IMG/VR virus record: IMGVR_UViG_3300044970_001083 | Source: an uncultured virus (IMG/VR IMGVR_UViG_3300044970_001083) | Lineage: Duplodnaviria; Heunggongvirae; Uroviricota; Caudoviricetes | DNA length: 64,000 nucleotides | Direction: 5' to 3' (one strand) | Part shown: piece after piece, positions 54,790 to 64,000 of the stretch | How the letters are laid out: every line of letters begins with the position of its first letter | Position numbering within the stretch: the stretch's first letter is position 1 | Notes under the pieces: model-generated | The model's database searches: none | Seen by the model: only the letters and a program-made list of their open reading frames with translations | What the model was told of the DNA's origin: nothing | Made by a program: the position numbers and the translations under genes

Positions 54790-55235
54790 TAATCATCAAC
54801 GCCTTGATTTTCTGCTCGTCTAACAAGTATTTTATAGTATTCAATATTTCCAAATGGACCAGTGAATGGCTCAAGAGTTGCAATTTCAAATATTGTTCCA
54901 CGATCTTCTCTAGCACCAGATGTTTCTTTATAAATAACTTCTCCAGAACAGTTACGAACATTAGTAATTAAAATATTTGTAATTGAATTATTTGTTCCAT
55001 CTTTTCCTATACGAATATCATTTTTAACTCTGCCAAGAAGCATGTTTTCGTACTGTACAAATATTTTTGGTTTTACCTCTTCTTCAAATGCTGAGCCTAC
55101 TGGATTTAAACTAATTACGATAGTTCTGTCAAATCCCCAGTCTTTTTTTATTTGACCATAAACATCTTGTTCAACAATGGGATGATATATATCTGCAATC
55201 ATTGGGTACATAAAATCTATTTCGTTGCATGACAT
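54789..55235 (-). CDS. Head-closure (stopper) protein
   Basis: Position and size. Confidence 0.5.
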   Translation of the reverse strand: MSCNEIDFMYPMIADIYHPIVEQDVYGQIKKDWGFDRTIVISLNPVGSAFEEEVKPKIFVQYENMLLGRVKNDIRIGKDGTNNSITNILITNVRNCSGEVIYKETSGAREDRGTIFEIATLEPFTGPFGNIEYYKILVRRAENQGVDD

Positions 55236-56149
55236 TACAATACCCCAGGAACAATAATGTTACTCGCATATCTCTCAAGAATCTTATCAACAATAAGGTT
55301 TCCAGTACCAGCAAACAGGGTCTTATCAAACTGAATTCTAAATTGATCTGTATTATATGCAGAGGCATACCTCTTAAAATAATCTAACTTTCCACACTTA
55401 ATGTCATCCATTAACATTAATGTTGCTTCTTTTATATCTGTAGGAACAACCTTATATCCTGCTTCTACCACAAACGTATAGTCTGAACCCTTAGAAAATG
55501 TATTGCCCCAGCCAATTGGACCAAGCCAGTCTGATTGTGCAGTAGGCAGCATAAGCGGTGCTTGATCTGCTCTATTGTAAGCACCTGTAATTTCTTGAAT
55601 AATAGCAGTTTTGTTGTCACTTAATTTATAAGTAACTCCAAAAATTGCTGGCTCTGCCAAGGAAGAGTCATACCAAAGTTCGTTGTTTTGATATACCTTC
55701 AATACTTTACGTGCTCTATGTTTGATTGGAGCATAGTCTGTGTTAAGACCAGTATGCTCTATTGTTTCAGTTTTATAATAAAATCCACCAGTAATAGCAT
55801 CAATAATTAATCTTGCTGTTAATTCTCTTTGAGTAATTTCCGCTATTTCTGTTGCTGTTGTGCCAAGGCTTGCTGGATCAACATACGGCCTTGTAATTTG
55901 AAGCATATCTTCTACAACAACATCTTCATCAACCTCTTGAATTCTTAACGCATAAACTTTATCGTATAAATGCCACTCATCTGTTTCAAACGCATAGTTT
56001 ATTTTTTTGCCTGTTGTTGATGTTATTCTTTCTTCTAAAATAACTACATCTCTATCTTCGTCTTCAATAATCAAATCATATGCTGTAGATGCTGCTGGTA
56101 CATCATAGGAAATGCTTAACGGGTAAGGGGGAAGACGAAGTATTTTCAT
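55235..56149 (-). CDS. Head-tail adaptor protein
   Basis: ARLIIDAITG, GY..VPTDIKEAT, TGNLIVDKILERY. Confidence 0.65.
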   Translation of the reverse strand: MKILRLPPYPLSISYDVPAASTAYDLIIEDEDRDVVILEERITSTTGKKINYAFETDEWHLYDKVYALRIQEVDEDVVVEDMLQITRPYVDPASLGTTATEIAEITQRELTARLIIDAITGGFYYKTETIEHTGLNTDYAPIKHRARKVLKVYQNNELWYDSSLAEPAIFGVTYKLSDNKTAIIQEITGAYNRADQAPLMLPTAQSDWLGPIGWGNTFSKGSDYTFVVEAGYKVVPTDIKEATLMLMDDIKCGKLDYFKRYASAYNTDQFRIQFDKTLFAGTGNLIVDKILERYASNIIVPGVL

Positions 56150-56361
56150 TTATTTTTGCCGTAATATTTTGCTAATTCAACGGCGCTAACCTCTCGTACA
56201 GACTTAGATTGTAAAAATACCTCTAAATTTCCTTTATCAATAATAGAAAATCCTTGATCAACATGTCCATATCCTTCAAAATATAAATTCTTTTCAGAAT
56301 AAATGACTGTTTGATCATTAACATCAGCCTTTGATGTTACCTTTTTGTTTGTAGTTGCCAT
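56146..56361 (-). CDS. Hypothetical protein
   Basis: SD AAGGAG; promoter TGCTATAAT at 56388-56396. Confidence 0.65.
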   Translation of the reverse strand: MATTNKKVTSKADVNDQTVIYSEKNLYFEGYGHVDQGFSIIDKGNLEVFLQSKSVREVSAVELAKYYGKNK

Positions 56362-56403
56362 GTGTTACGCTCCTTAATAGTACCTTAATTATAGCAGATT
56401 GTT

Positions 56404-56433
56404 AAAAAGGGCAGAGGACGAATCCCCTGCCCT
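56404..56433 (-). terminator. Intrinsic terminator after the capsid gene
   Basis: AGGGCAGGGGA-UUCG-UCCUCUGCCCU followed by a U-tract. Confidence 0.85.
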
Positions 56434-56451
56434 AATTAATTTTTTTAGTGA

Positions 56452-57573
56452 TTAGGAAGCAGCAATGTCCTTATAGGCAATTGCATCTTCTTCTTCAATC
56501 TGGATACCGAAACGGACAAACACTGTGTATTCGATAGTATCTTTCTTTGGTTGATACTGACGGTTTACAGTGATATCGCGTTGGAAGCCCCAGATACGGT
56601 TTGCTGGGAATGTCAAATCGACATAATCTGCTGGATAGTAAGGAACTTCCATTACGTCAATGCCGAGTACACGAGTGGTACGAGCATTGCCAATAACCTG
56701 TCCTTGACCATCAAGATACGCTTGACGATTTGCTTGTGTGCTACCTGTACGGCTTGAAAAAGCCTCAGAAATAGCATCAGCAAGTGTACCGTTGTTGCGA
56801 ACAATGCTCTGGAACACATCTGTACCTGCATAAAACTTAAGATTATTCTTAAGTGCACGATACTTACGTGGCATTGCATTGATAATACCCTGCATAACTG
56901 GAGTTGTCCAGTTATCGGATGTAACTGCTGGAAGCACAGAATCGTGTGCATCTCCATTAGTTGTAATTAAGTGGTGGAAACCTTCCATGATTGACAAGAA
57001 GTTTCCTGTTGAACCATCTCCGTTGATAGCCAAATCTTCGATATCATTACCGAATGCATTGGTCATCAAACGAACAAGATGATCTTCAAGTGCTGCACCT
57101 TCAACGTTATCTTCAAGTGCTTCTGTAGTAACTTCCCAATCAAGACGAATCTTCTTGGTTGTTAATTCTACCTTAGTAAATGTTGCACCTGTGTTAGCAA
57201 AAGCACCATCTCCTTGAGCAGCAGCGCGAAGAACACGCTCACCAACGTTAACTTTTTCAAGTTCCATTGTGTTGGCTCGCATAGTAACTCTACGGCCATC
57301 CTTAGCGAGAACTGTAGCATCCCAGACATAATCAATAAATTGACGTGCCTGTTCTGGTCTCAGAATTCCACTAGCAGCAGATCCCGAAGGATTTACAGCG
57401 TTTGCACCAGTTGTTACACCGAATTGTGCGGTTGGGATGTTACCCAAGGTGCTTGCACCTGGAGTAGAAACACCACCGATTCCACCAGAAGCAAAGCCAC
57501 CATCCGCGTTATATAAACCCGAGTCTGATGCGCCTGCGCTACCTGGTTGATTCTTAATAATTTCTTCTGACAT
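56452..57573 (-). CDS. Major capsid protein (HK97 fold)
   Basis: GILRPEQARQFID, EALEDNVEG, EDLAINGD; SD GGAGGTG before MSEEIIK; strong terminator downstream. Confidence 0.9.
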   Translation of the reverse strand: MSEEIIKNQPGSAGASDSGLYNADGGFASGGIGGVSTPGASTLGNIPTAQFGVTTGANAVNPSGSAASGILRPEQARQFIDYVWDATVLAKDGRRVTMRANTMELEKVNVGERVLRAAAQGDGAFANTGATFTKVELTTKKIRLDWEVTTEALEDNVEGAALEDHLVRLMTNAFGNDIEDLAINGDGSTGNFLSIMEGFHHLITTNGDAHDSVLPAVTSDNWTTPVMQGIINAMPRKYRALKNNLKFYAGTDVFQSIVRNNGTLADAISEAFSSRTGSTQANRQAYLDGQGQVIGNARTTRVLGIDVMEVPYYPADYVDLTFPANRIWGFQRDITVNRQYQPKKDTIEYTVFVRFGIQIEEEDAIAYKDIAAS

Positions 57574-57598
57574 ATTGTTCACCTCCTAGTGAATTTCC

Positions 57599-58129
57599 TT
57601 ACTTAAATAGGTCGGTTGCGAGGAAACGACCGCCCCATAAGGATTTCTGAACCATTTCTGGTTCCTGTACGATTTCGCCTAGATCGCCAGATTTGCGGAA
57701 AGCAGTGTCTTGCTCTACAGCATCGACTCTCTTTCCAAACTCAGCATTACTTTCTTTGACGTTCTTAACCTCTTTAGATACGTCTGTAATGGACTTGCTT
57801 AATTCAGCAACTTGAGTCTGGACCATCTTCATGGTCTCTTCATTCAAGGACTTAATAGTTGCTGCTAGATCGCCAAAGGCACTCGCAAGAGTTTCTTTAA
57901 TTTCGGCAACTGCATTGACTACCACCTCGTCAGATTTTACAATCTCTTCAGTTGCTTTTGCAACTTCATCTGACTTAGCAAGTTCAGTCTCAACAACTGC
58001 TTCGGCTGCCTCAGTTGTTTCAGCAACAATTGCTTCTTCAACTTCAACACTCTTGGTAACAGTTTCAACATCTGTTGCCTTTGGAGCGACCTCAACATCT
58101 TCAACAACTTCTGTTGTTTCATTTGTCAT
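57599..58129 (-). CDS. Nested in-frame scaffolding protein (176 aa)
   Basis: Internal AAGGAGGT SD 7 nt before ATG (MTNETT), at the domain boundary. Confidence 0.65.
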   Translation of the reverse strand: MTNETTEVVEDVEVAPKATDVETVTKSVEVEEAIVAETTEAAEAVVETELAKSDEVAKATEEIVKSDEVVVNAVAEIKETLASAFGDLAATIKSLNEETMKMVQTQVAELSKSITDVSKEVKNVKESNAEFGKRVDAVEQDTAFRKSGDLGEIVQEPEMVQKSLWGGRFLATDLFK

Positions 58130-58891
58130 AGGACTTACCTCCTTTTGAATCTCAGTTGGACTAATACCTTTGGCACTATCAACTAAGAACTTTATCATGT
58201 TTGTTTTTTCATCATCATTTTTCTCAACAAAACCTATATTTTTCATTGCTTGTCCAGAAGTGGGGCTAACTTCTGTTTCATTTTCTGAAACCATAACAAG
58301 GCCAGACTCTTTGTCCCAAAATACGTTTTCTACAACAATATCTGCTGCAGAACCCTTAAAAACATTTATCCCATCTACTTTTTCAATAGAAATAATGCTT
58401 GCAAATTGATTTGCTGGGTTATCAACAAGTGAAAGTTCTATAAGATCATAGTCTTTAATAATTCTAATTGGCTTATCCATTTTCTCATCATAGCCATCAT
58501 CCCACTTATTCATTCTTCCGCCAATTGAAAAACCTGTATATGTTCCATCCAATACTTTCTCCCACGCATTTTGTGCGCCTTTTGATACATATGCAGAAAC
58601 AAAAACACCAGAATAAAACTTCTTTGACTCTGGATCAAAATATTTATCTTCTTTAAATGCCACCATTTTGCCTACTGCAGATGGCTGATGCATTTCACGG
58701 ATGTTCCCTCTAAACTGAGAAAAAGCCTTTAAACTAGCGTCATTTGTTACAATATCGTTTTGTACATCAAGATTGTCAAGTGTTGCAAAACCTGATACAA
58801 TTCTACGTTCCTTATCAACTTTAGCAAAAGGCATTGACAACCTTACGTTGTCTCCTTGTGTTGACCAGTGGGCTTTATTTATGATACTCAT
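57599..58891 (-). CDS. Prohead protease-scaffold fusion
   Basis: RIVSGFAT, IREMH, GFSIGG, ELSLVDNPAN; acidic coiled-coil C-terminal half; leaderless TGATATAAT at 58901-58909. Confidence 0.88.
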   Translation of the reverse strand: MSIINKAHWSTQGDNVRLSMPFAKVDKERRIVSGFATLDNLDVQNDIVTNDASLKAFSQFRGNIREMHQPSAVGKMVAFKEDKYFDPESKKFYSGVFVSAYVSKGAQNAWEKVLDGTYTGFSIGGRMNKWDDGYDEKMDKPIRIIKDYDLIELSLVDNPANQFASIISIEKVDGINVFKGSAADIVVENVFWDKESGLVMVSENETEVSPTSGQAMKNIGFVEKNDDEKTNMIKFLVDSAKGISPTEIQKEVSPMTNETTEVVEDVEVAPKATDVETVTKSVEVEEAIVAETTEAAEAVVETELAKSDEVAKATEEIVKSDEVVVNAVAEIKETLASAFGDLAATIKSLNEETMKMVQTQVAELSKSITDVSKEVKNVKESNAEFGKRVDAVEQDTAFRKSGDLGEIVQEPEMVQKSLWGGRFLATDLFK

Positions 58892-58932
58892 ATCACATCC
58901 ATTATATCAACTATTTTATCAGTTTGTTGATA

Positions 58933-60534
58933 TTATGTGGAAGACCTTCCCTCTCCTTGTGGATTACGTCCAGAAATTGTGGATGGAGAGTCTGAATTGT
59001 TATTTGTTCTTTGAGAGTCTCTTTCTCTATTTCCAGAAAGATTTGCTCTAGCATCTGTTGCTTGTCTTGCAGACATCTCAAATGGTGCATCTCCATCTGG
59101 TCTTTGTGGCAAGCCAATAGCCTCTCTAGCCTCGTTTGGCATCATAACCTGAGTCTTAACATATCTTTCTAGAATCTGAGATTGTGCAATTTCATCAGTT
59201 AATGTAAGTTCATTAAACTTAAGTTCAAGAATATCTGTTTTTTCACGAACAACTTTGTTAATAAGTTTTTCTAATTCTTGTTGTGCTGGTCTAGCAACCT
59301 GCTCTTTGAATGTTCTATCTTGTGATAAAGCAGCAGCAATTGATCCACTATCTGATCCACCCAGTTTAGAAATGGGCACTTGATGAGCAATCAAAATGTC
59401 ATCACGATTTCTAATTCTATATTCATTAAATGAAGCCTCTTGAATTCCATTTTCAATTGGATCCATTTTAAACTCAACTTTATTATTTTCACTATCTCCA
59501 GGAAGTGGGATATAAAGCGTTCTATGTGATTGTGATTTTAATCCAGTTTGTAAGAACCTAAACATCTTATCTTCTGCGTCTGCGCTTAATTTTGCACCCT
59601 TAAGAGTAATTATGTATCTAGGAACTGCCTTATTTTCAAAATAATCAATGTTATATTGTGTTGCTAGTTGATCTCCAACAAGTGCTGGCAATGCAGCAAT
59701 AATATCTGGTACACCATAATATGTGTTTAATGGTGAGTATTGTTTAAAGTGAATAATTTCATTTGGTCTACGATCTGTTGTAATTGGGTTTGGATTCTTT
59801 GCCCCAAAATTTCTAAAGTAAATTACAGATGGACCAATAATTTGAACATAACCATCTCTTAGTCTGCGAACACGAATAGTTGTGGCTGGAATGTGTCCAA
59901 TATACCCAATCTCTCCAGCAACAGTACGACCAATTTCTAGATATGCATTGCCAGTTGCTTGCATATCTACATAGATTTTTTCCATTGTTTTCGTAAAACT
60001 ATCATCATCATTAAGGCCCTCTAGCCAATCTTTCATTTCAATCTTTGCACGTTCAATACGCTTTCTTGCTCTACCCAAGGATGTCTCATCTTCAACATTT
60101 TCAAGTTTAAGCATTGTACGTGAACCAACGACAAAGTCATATCCAAGACCAACAACATTTTCTACTTTTGCATCAATCGCTGCATGATTTGCAAAAGAAG
60201 TGTCATAATAATTTGCTAATTCATAAAGATTATATGGTGGTGTAATAACATCAAATAATCCGTAGCCATTTCTAATTACTGCACCAGGATTAATAGCCTT
60301 TGATCGTGCATCTTCAACACCTGCTGGACTTGAGTTTGCACTATTAAGATATGCAGTTGCTGCTGTATCTGCCTTGCCTAAATTTCTTGATGTGCGTCTT
60401 TTAAAGTTTTGATCTAAATTTGCTAAACCCTTTAAATCATCCCAAGACTTTCCAAAAATATCGTTTTTCTTAAAGGTGTCATCTTTTTCTACTGGATCGC
60501 TAATTGAAGCGCCAATAATGTAATCTTCATTCAT
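58933..60534 (-). CDS. Portal protein
   Basis: GNAYLEI, EIIHFK, YYGVP, YFENKAVP, HQVP, PNEARE. Confidence 0.9.
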   Translation of the reverse strand: MNEDYIIGASISDPVEKDDTFKKNDIFGKSWDDLKGLANLDQNFKRRTSRNLGKADTAATAYLNSANSSPAGVEDARSKAINPGAVIRNGYGLFDVITPPYNLYELANYYDTSFANHAAIDAKVENVVGLGYDFVVGSRTMLKLENVEDETSLGRARKRIERAKIEMKDWLEGLNDDDSFTKTMEKIYVDMQATGNAYLEIGRTVAGEIGYIGHIPATTIRVRRLRDGYVQIIGPSVIYFRNFGAKNPNPITTDRRPNEIIHFKQYSPLNTYYGVPDIIAALPALVGDQLATQYNIDYFENKAVPRYIITLKGAKLSADAEDKMFRFLQTGLKSQSHRTLYIPLPGDSENNKVEFKMDPIENGIQEASFNEYRIRNRDDILIAHQVPISKLGGSDSGSIAAALSQDRTFKEQVARPAQQELEKLINKVVREKTDILELKFNELTLTDEIAQSQILERYVKTQVMMPNEAREAIGLPQRPDGDAPFEMSARQATDARANLSGNRERDSQRTNNNSDSPSTISGRNPQGEGRSST

Positions 60535-60899
60535 TATTCTTCACCATGTTCCTTTAATGTTTGCTGTGCATCATAAACTGCACCAAGATCGTTCATGTTT
60601 GGAATAAGACCTTCACGCATTCTTGATAGTTGCTCTGTATATTCCATCTCACTTACTCTTTTAATTCCTGCATGAAATTCTGCATGACCACCTTCACAGC
60701 CATAATATTCCGCTGATCTTCTTAACTCAGCCATTTTTTGTATATCGCCACGCATTGATGGTATGTTAAGAAGGTTTCCATGACCATCTCCAAACGCCTT
60801 TCCATTAGGCTTCATCCAAATATAAATACCCCAGTCGTAACCTTTTTCAATTACTTTGAGTTTAGTTTTACCAACTTTTTCTGGTTTTGAATTATTCAT
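60534..60899 (-). CDS. Hypothetical protein upstream of the portal
   Basis: TGGTATACT at 60907-60915, 7 nt before ATG 60899 (leaderless). Confidence 0.65.
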   Translation of the reverse strand: MNNSKPEKVGKTKLKVIEKGYDWGIYIWMKPNGKAFGDGHGNLLNIPSMRGDIQKMAELRRSAEYYGCEGGHAEFHAGIKRVSEMEYTEQLSRMREGLIPNMNDLGAVYDAQQTLKEHGEE

Positions 60900-60917
60900 A
60901 ACCACAAGTATACCATA

Positions 60918-63900
60918 TTATGCTGGGGTGACAATATATTCTTGCCAGGATGTGTCCTGATATGCAGCAACGCTATTTGATACTATTCTAAAATCATTAT
61001 TAAAATCATCTACGACAGTTGTTCTATTTCCAATATATGTCTTATAGACTTCTGATGGATTAACAATATATCTAGAATCTCTAGACCTAATTAACATATT
61101 GTTCCAGTCTCCTTCATTTTCCCACCCCTGCCAACTAGCCTCTTCATCTTCAACTTCCTGCCAAGTTCTTAAAACAAGGCGTTGTACTACCTGCAAGGCT
61201 GTTCCTTGATAAAAAGAAATATTGTTAAACATCATCAAATATTTCAAAACAATACTTCCAGAATAATTATCAAAATTTAAAGATGAGTTAAATGATATAC
61301 CAAAAGAATACCATTGCTGAATATCAATAACTGGTTGACCAACTAATTTACCATTTAAATAATATGACAAATCTGTAAAAATAGTACCAGATGACCTTAA
61401 CTTGCTAAATATAACTCCTCGCTTTCCAGTTGATGAGTTTGACTGGATGTAGAAATCTAAAGAATCTCCTTTATAATTAACTTCAAATATCTTAACTGGA
61501 TTTTCTGGAAATGCATAAAGGTCACATCTTGTAAACATTTGTATAGCACTTAAAGAATATTTATCTATAAGTGTTGATGAAACTGGTATTGAAACTCCTC
61601 TTTCAATATCATTGATACCATTTCGTAATTCTAGACCACTCTTTCTTGTTAAATATAAATATGGAGTATTGTCTTTATCAATAATTAATGGATTTTTTCC
61701 TTTATGGCCAGTATAAAATCCAACTTTTTTAAATGGATAAAGATCTATTCCATATTTTGTTCCAATTGGTGTACTAGATGTATAGTTTAGCGTTCTTGCA
61801 GCAAACTCTAGTTTTCTCAAAAAAACTTTTTTCTTTAAAATACTTTTTACTTTAAAGTTAACAAAATATATTAATGACATATTTTCTAAATTAACATTTT
61901 TATCTGGATATATTAAATAGCCATCCACTAACTCAAACTTTTTATCTGTCCATGATGTTGTATTTAAATCTAAAACTCTTGACTGGTTTGCAGAAACATC
62001 TGTATAATCTTCATCTGGTTTTGAATATCCATTCGATGTATAGTCAAATGCTATGTAAGATCTGACAGATGCGTCTGATGTAGAATATGTATTTGATACA
62101 GAAGAATTAGTCCAATAGTTTTGTCCTGCTGCTGGGATATCTGATGGAGACGGATAATCAATGTTAAACTGAACATAATCTAAATCACTAACTATATTAT
62201 TTTCTGAGTTTGCTACTTGAGACATTAATGAGGATACTGGCAGATAATCTCTCCAGTATCCCGCCACTGAAATATCTAAAAAGAATTTACCGTATTCTTT
62301 AAATGGAGAGAGTGTATAACTTGCAATATGTGGTAGCAAAGAAGAATAGGCATTTATTGTTGCAGTACCATTAGAAGCAAAATGATGATCTATTTCTAAA
62401 GAATTTTTAATAGTTGATATTCCAAAAGTATAAATTCTACCAGTAAACTTGTTATCATCAAAATCATTGCCAACATACATTTTTAAAGATAATGAATTAG
62501 ATAAAAATTGAGATAACCCTAATATATTATTGCTTAAAAGTTTACTAAACTCAAAACCAGCAACAAACTCGTGTAATGGAATTACACCAGATGCAATTGT
62601 AGAAATTGTTCCATTATAACAAAAGACATAGTTAATACTTCCATTACTTGCAAGTCTTCTAACTTTTAAATAATTGTTGTTATCTTGAAATAAACAAATC
62701 AAAGTTTGATCTGTTGAAGAACTTGTAAACTCAAAAATACCATATATAGCATTAATTGGTGATTGAATAAAACTTAAATCATTAAAATAAATAGAAGAAT
62801 TTACTGTATTCCATGTTGAGTTAGGATTAAGAGAGAAAAATGCTTCGCCATCATCTTGTATTGCAAAACTATCTTCTTCTAACTCTGATAAAGTTTTTGT
62901 TCCTAAATTAAATGTTGGCAAACTATATTCTGGAGTTTTTAATGATGTATCTGTTGCATTTAAATTATCGATGTCTGCTTGTTGCCACGATAGATTTAAT
63001 GGGTATGTTTTATTATTATTATACTTAGAAACAGAGTAATCAATTTCTACTGATGTACCTCCATAATAACTATCAATAACTTCAGAAGACAATGGAATGC
63101 CTTGTCCATAAACATAATGCGATTTAGCAACTAGTGTTGACATAGAATATGGAAAGATAGAAAATGATCCCAAAATAATTGGATCTACAACATTATCTTT
63201 ATATGCATAAAATCCAATCCAGTCATTGCTTTTATCATTTAATGTAAATTCTTCTGGCAAAGTTAAATCTTTTGTAGTAAAAGATAATTGTCCAACTTCT
63301 TCTCCATTTACCAATAAAGTAGCAGAATCTTTAATAAGTCTAATATGAACTAGCATTGGCCTAAACCATTCGCCAACGTAATGAGAAACAAAATTATTTC
63401 CAACTACTAGAGTTAAAAATGCATTTTCTACATATAAACCATCTGTAGAAGTAATTGGACCAAATATTCTTTTTGGTGTGGTTGCATTAGAATCTATATT
63501 AAGCCAACATTCTACTGTGTAATCTTGATTTCTACCCGCCTCGTTTAAAAATCCACAACCTGGAAAAATAATTGATGGTTTTGCACTAATAATAAATTCA
63601 CTTTGATCAAGATCTCTTAAACTTTGCCATGTTTCGTTTTCTTCCCAATATGCCCAATCCTCTTCTGCAGTTTGATCCCATGACTGGGTAGTAAGCAATT
63701 CTTCATGTGGTATCAATTCTATAGAACCACTAGATCCAAAAACAAGTGGAATTGATCCATCCCTAGCAACAAGATTATTATTTGCTACAACATAGTATCC
63801 ATTGCGATCTGAAAGACCATATGCATCTGCAACTACTACACCATCTAAATTTAAATTTATAGAAGATGGTAAATTTATTTTTTGTTTACCTAATGATTCC

Positions 63901-63998
63901 GCATGGTATTCTTCACATAATTGTCCCATTGTTAGCCCATGCCAACTAAACCGATAATCTGATGATGATGAGCCTGCTGTGCTTGTTGTTATTTTAAC
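60918..63998 (-). CDS. Large virion protein with LamG/ConA-like domains (5'-partial)
   Basis: Frame stays open to the window end; YTVECWL...HIRL...LLVNGE LamG-like motifs; Trp-periodic acidic segments. Confidence 0.6.
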   Translation of the reverse strand, partial: VKITTSTAGSSSSDYRFSWHGLTMGQLCEEYHAESLGKQKINLPSSINLNLDGVVVADAYGLSDRNGYYVVANNNLVARDGSIPLVFGSSGSIELIPHEELLTTQSWDQTAEEDWAYWEENETWQSLRDLDQSEFIISAKPSIIFPGCGFLNEAGRNQDYTVECWLNIDSNATTPKRIFGPITSTDGLYVENAFLTLVVGNNFVSHYVGEWFRPMLVHIRLIKDSATLLVNGEEVGQLSFTTKDLTLPEEFTLNDKSNDWIGFYAYKDNVVDPIILGSFSIFPYSMSTLVAKSHYVYGQGIPLSSEVIDSYYGGTSVEIDYSVSKYNNNKTYPLNLSWQQADIDNLNATDTSLKTPEYSLPTFNLGTKTLSELEEDSFAIQDDGEAFFSLNPNSTWNTVNSSIYFNDLSFIQSPINAIYGIFEFTSSSTDQTLICLFQDNNNYLKVRRLASNGSINYVFCYNGTISTIASGVIPLHEFVAGFEFSKLLSNNILGLSQFLSNSLSLKMYVGNDFDDNKFTGRIYTFGISTIKNSLEIDHHFASNGTATINAYSSLLPHIASYTLSPFKEYGKFFLDISVAGYWRDYLPVSSLMSQVANSENNIVSDLDYVQFNIDYPSPSDIPAAGQNYWTNSSVSNTYSTSDASVRSYIAFDYTSNGYSKPDEDYTDVSANQSRVLDLNTTSWTDKKFELVDGYLIYPDKNVNLENMSLIYFVNFKVKSILKKKVFLRKLEFAARTLNYTSSTPIGTKYGIDLYPFKKVGFYTGHKGKNPLIIDKDNTPYLYLTRKSGLELRNGINDIERGVSIPVSSTLIDKYSLSAIQMFTRCDLYAFPENPVKIFEVNYKGDSLDFYIQSNSSTGKRGVIFSKLRSSGTIFTDLSYYLNGKLVGQPVIDIQQWYSFGISFNSSLNFDNYSGSIVLKYLMMFNNISFYQGTALQVVQRLVLRTWQEVEDEEASWQGWENEGDWNNMLIRSRDSRYIVNPSEVYKTYIGNRTTVVDDFNNDFRIVSNSVAAYQDTSWQEYIVTPA

Positions 63999-64000
63999 AA

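Noticed and set aside
1..64000. Alternative genetic code, diversity-generating retroelement, or prophage boundary
   Set aside because: Genes are full length in the standard code and use all three stop codons. No reverse transcriptase, TR/VR pair, integrase or host housekeeping region was seen.

Overview
A 64-kb piece of an AT-rich, long-tailed dsDNA phage genome. The host is very probably an actinobacterium: the window has whiB, an FmdB-type zinc ribbon, SigA-type extended -10 promoters and many leaderless genes. A low-GC freshwater acI-like host is an inference. Nearly all genes lie on the minus strand. Right to left the window holds: virion genes (portal, protease with nested scaffold, major capsid, head-tail, major tail, two paralogous tail chaperones, a 2533-aa tape measure, minor tail proteins); replication and recombination genes (DnaB, primase, SSB, DnaE, RecA, Cas4-like nuclease, RuvC); a displaced terminase pair; and a ~21-kb accessory region. 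The accessory region has two Hsp20 genes, two large surface proteins, an HslV-like protease, a subtilase, a CHAP endolysin, an HNH nuclease, thioredoxin, WhiB, a flavin-dependent halogenase and a methyl/glycosyltransferase cluster. Most notable unannotated signals: (1) an ~84-nt structured RNA candidate with its own -10 element, between hsp20 and an HNH gene; (2) ROSE-like thermometers on both hsp20 leaders; (3) an H-type pseudoknot downstream of one hsp20; (4) an accessory protein sharing the scaffold's C-terminal WGG motif, a possible capsid-loading tag; (5) tail chaperones G and GT apparently encoded as duplicated genes instead of by frameshifting; (6) a motif-flanked cargo segment in the tape measure protein. 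All product calls come from reading motifs by eye; no database searches were run. No tRNA, CRISPR array or integrase was seen.
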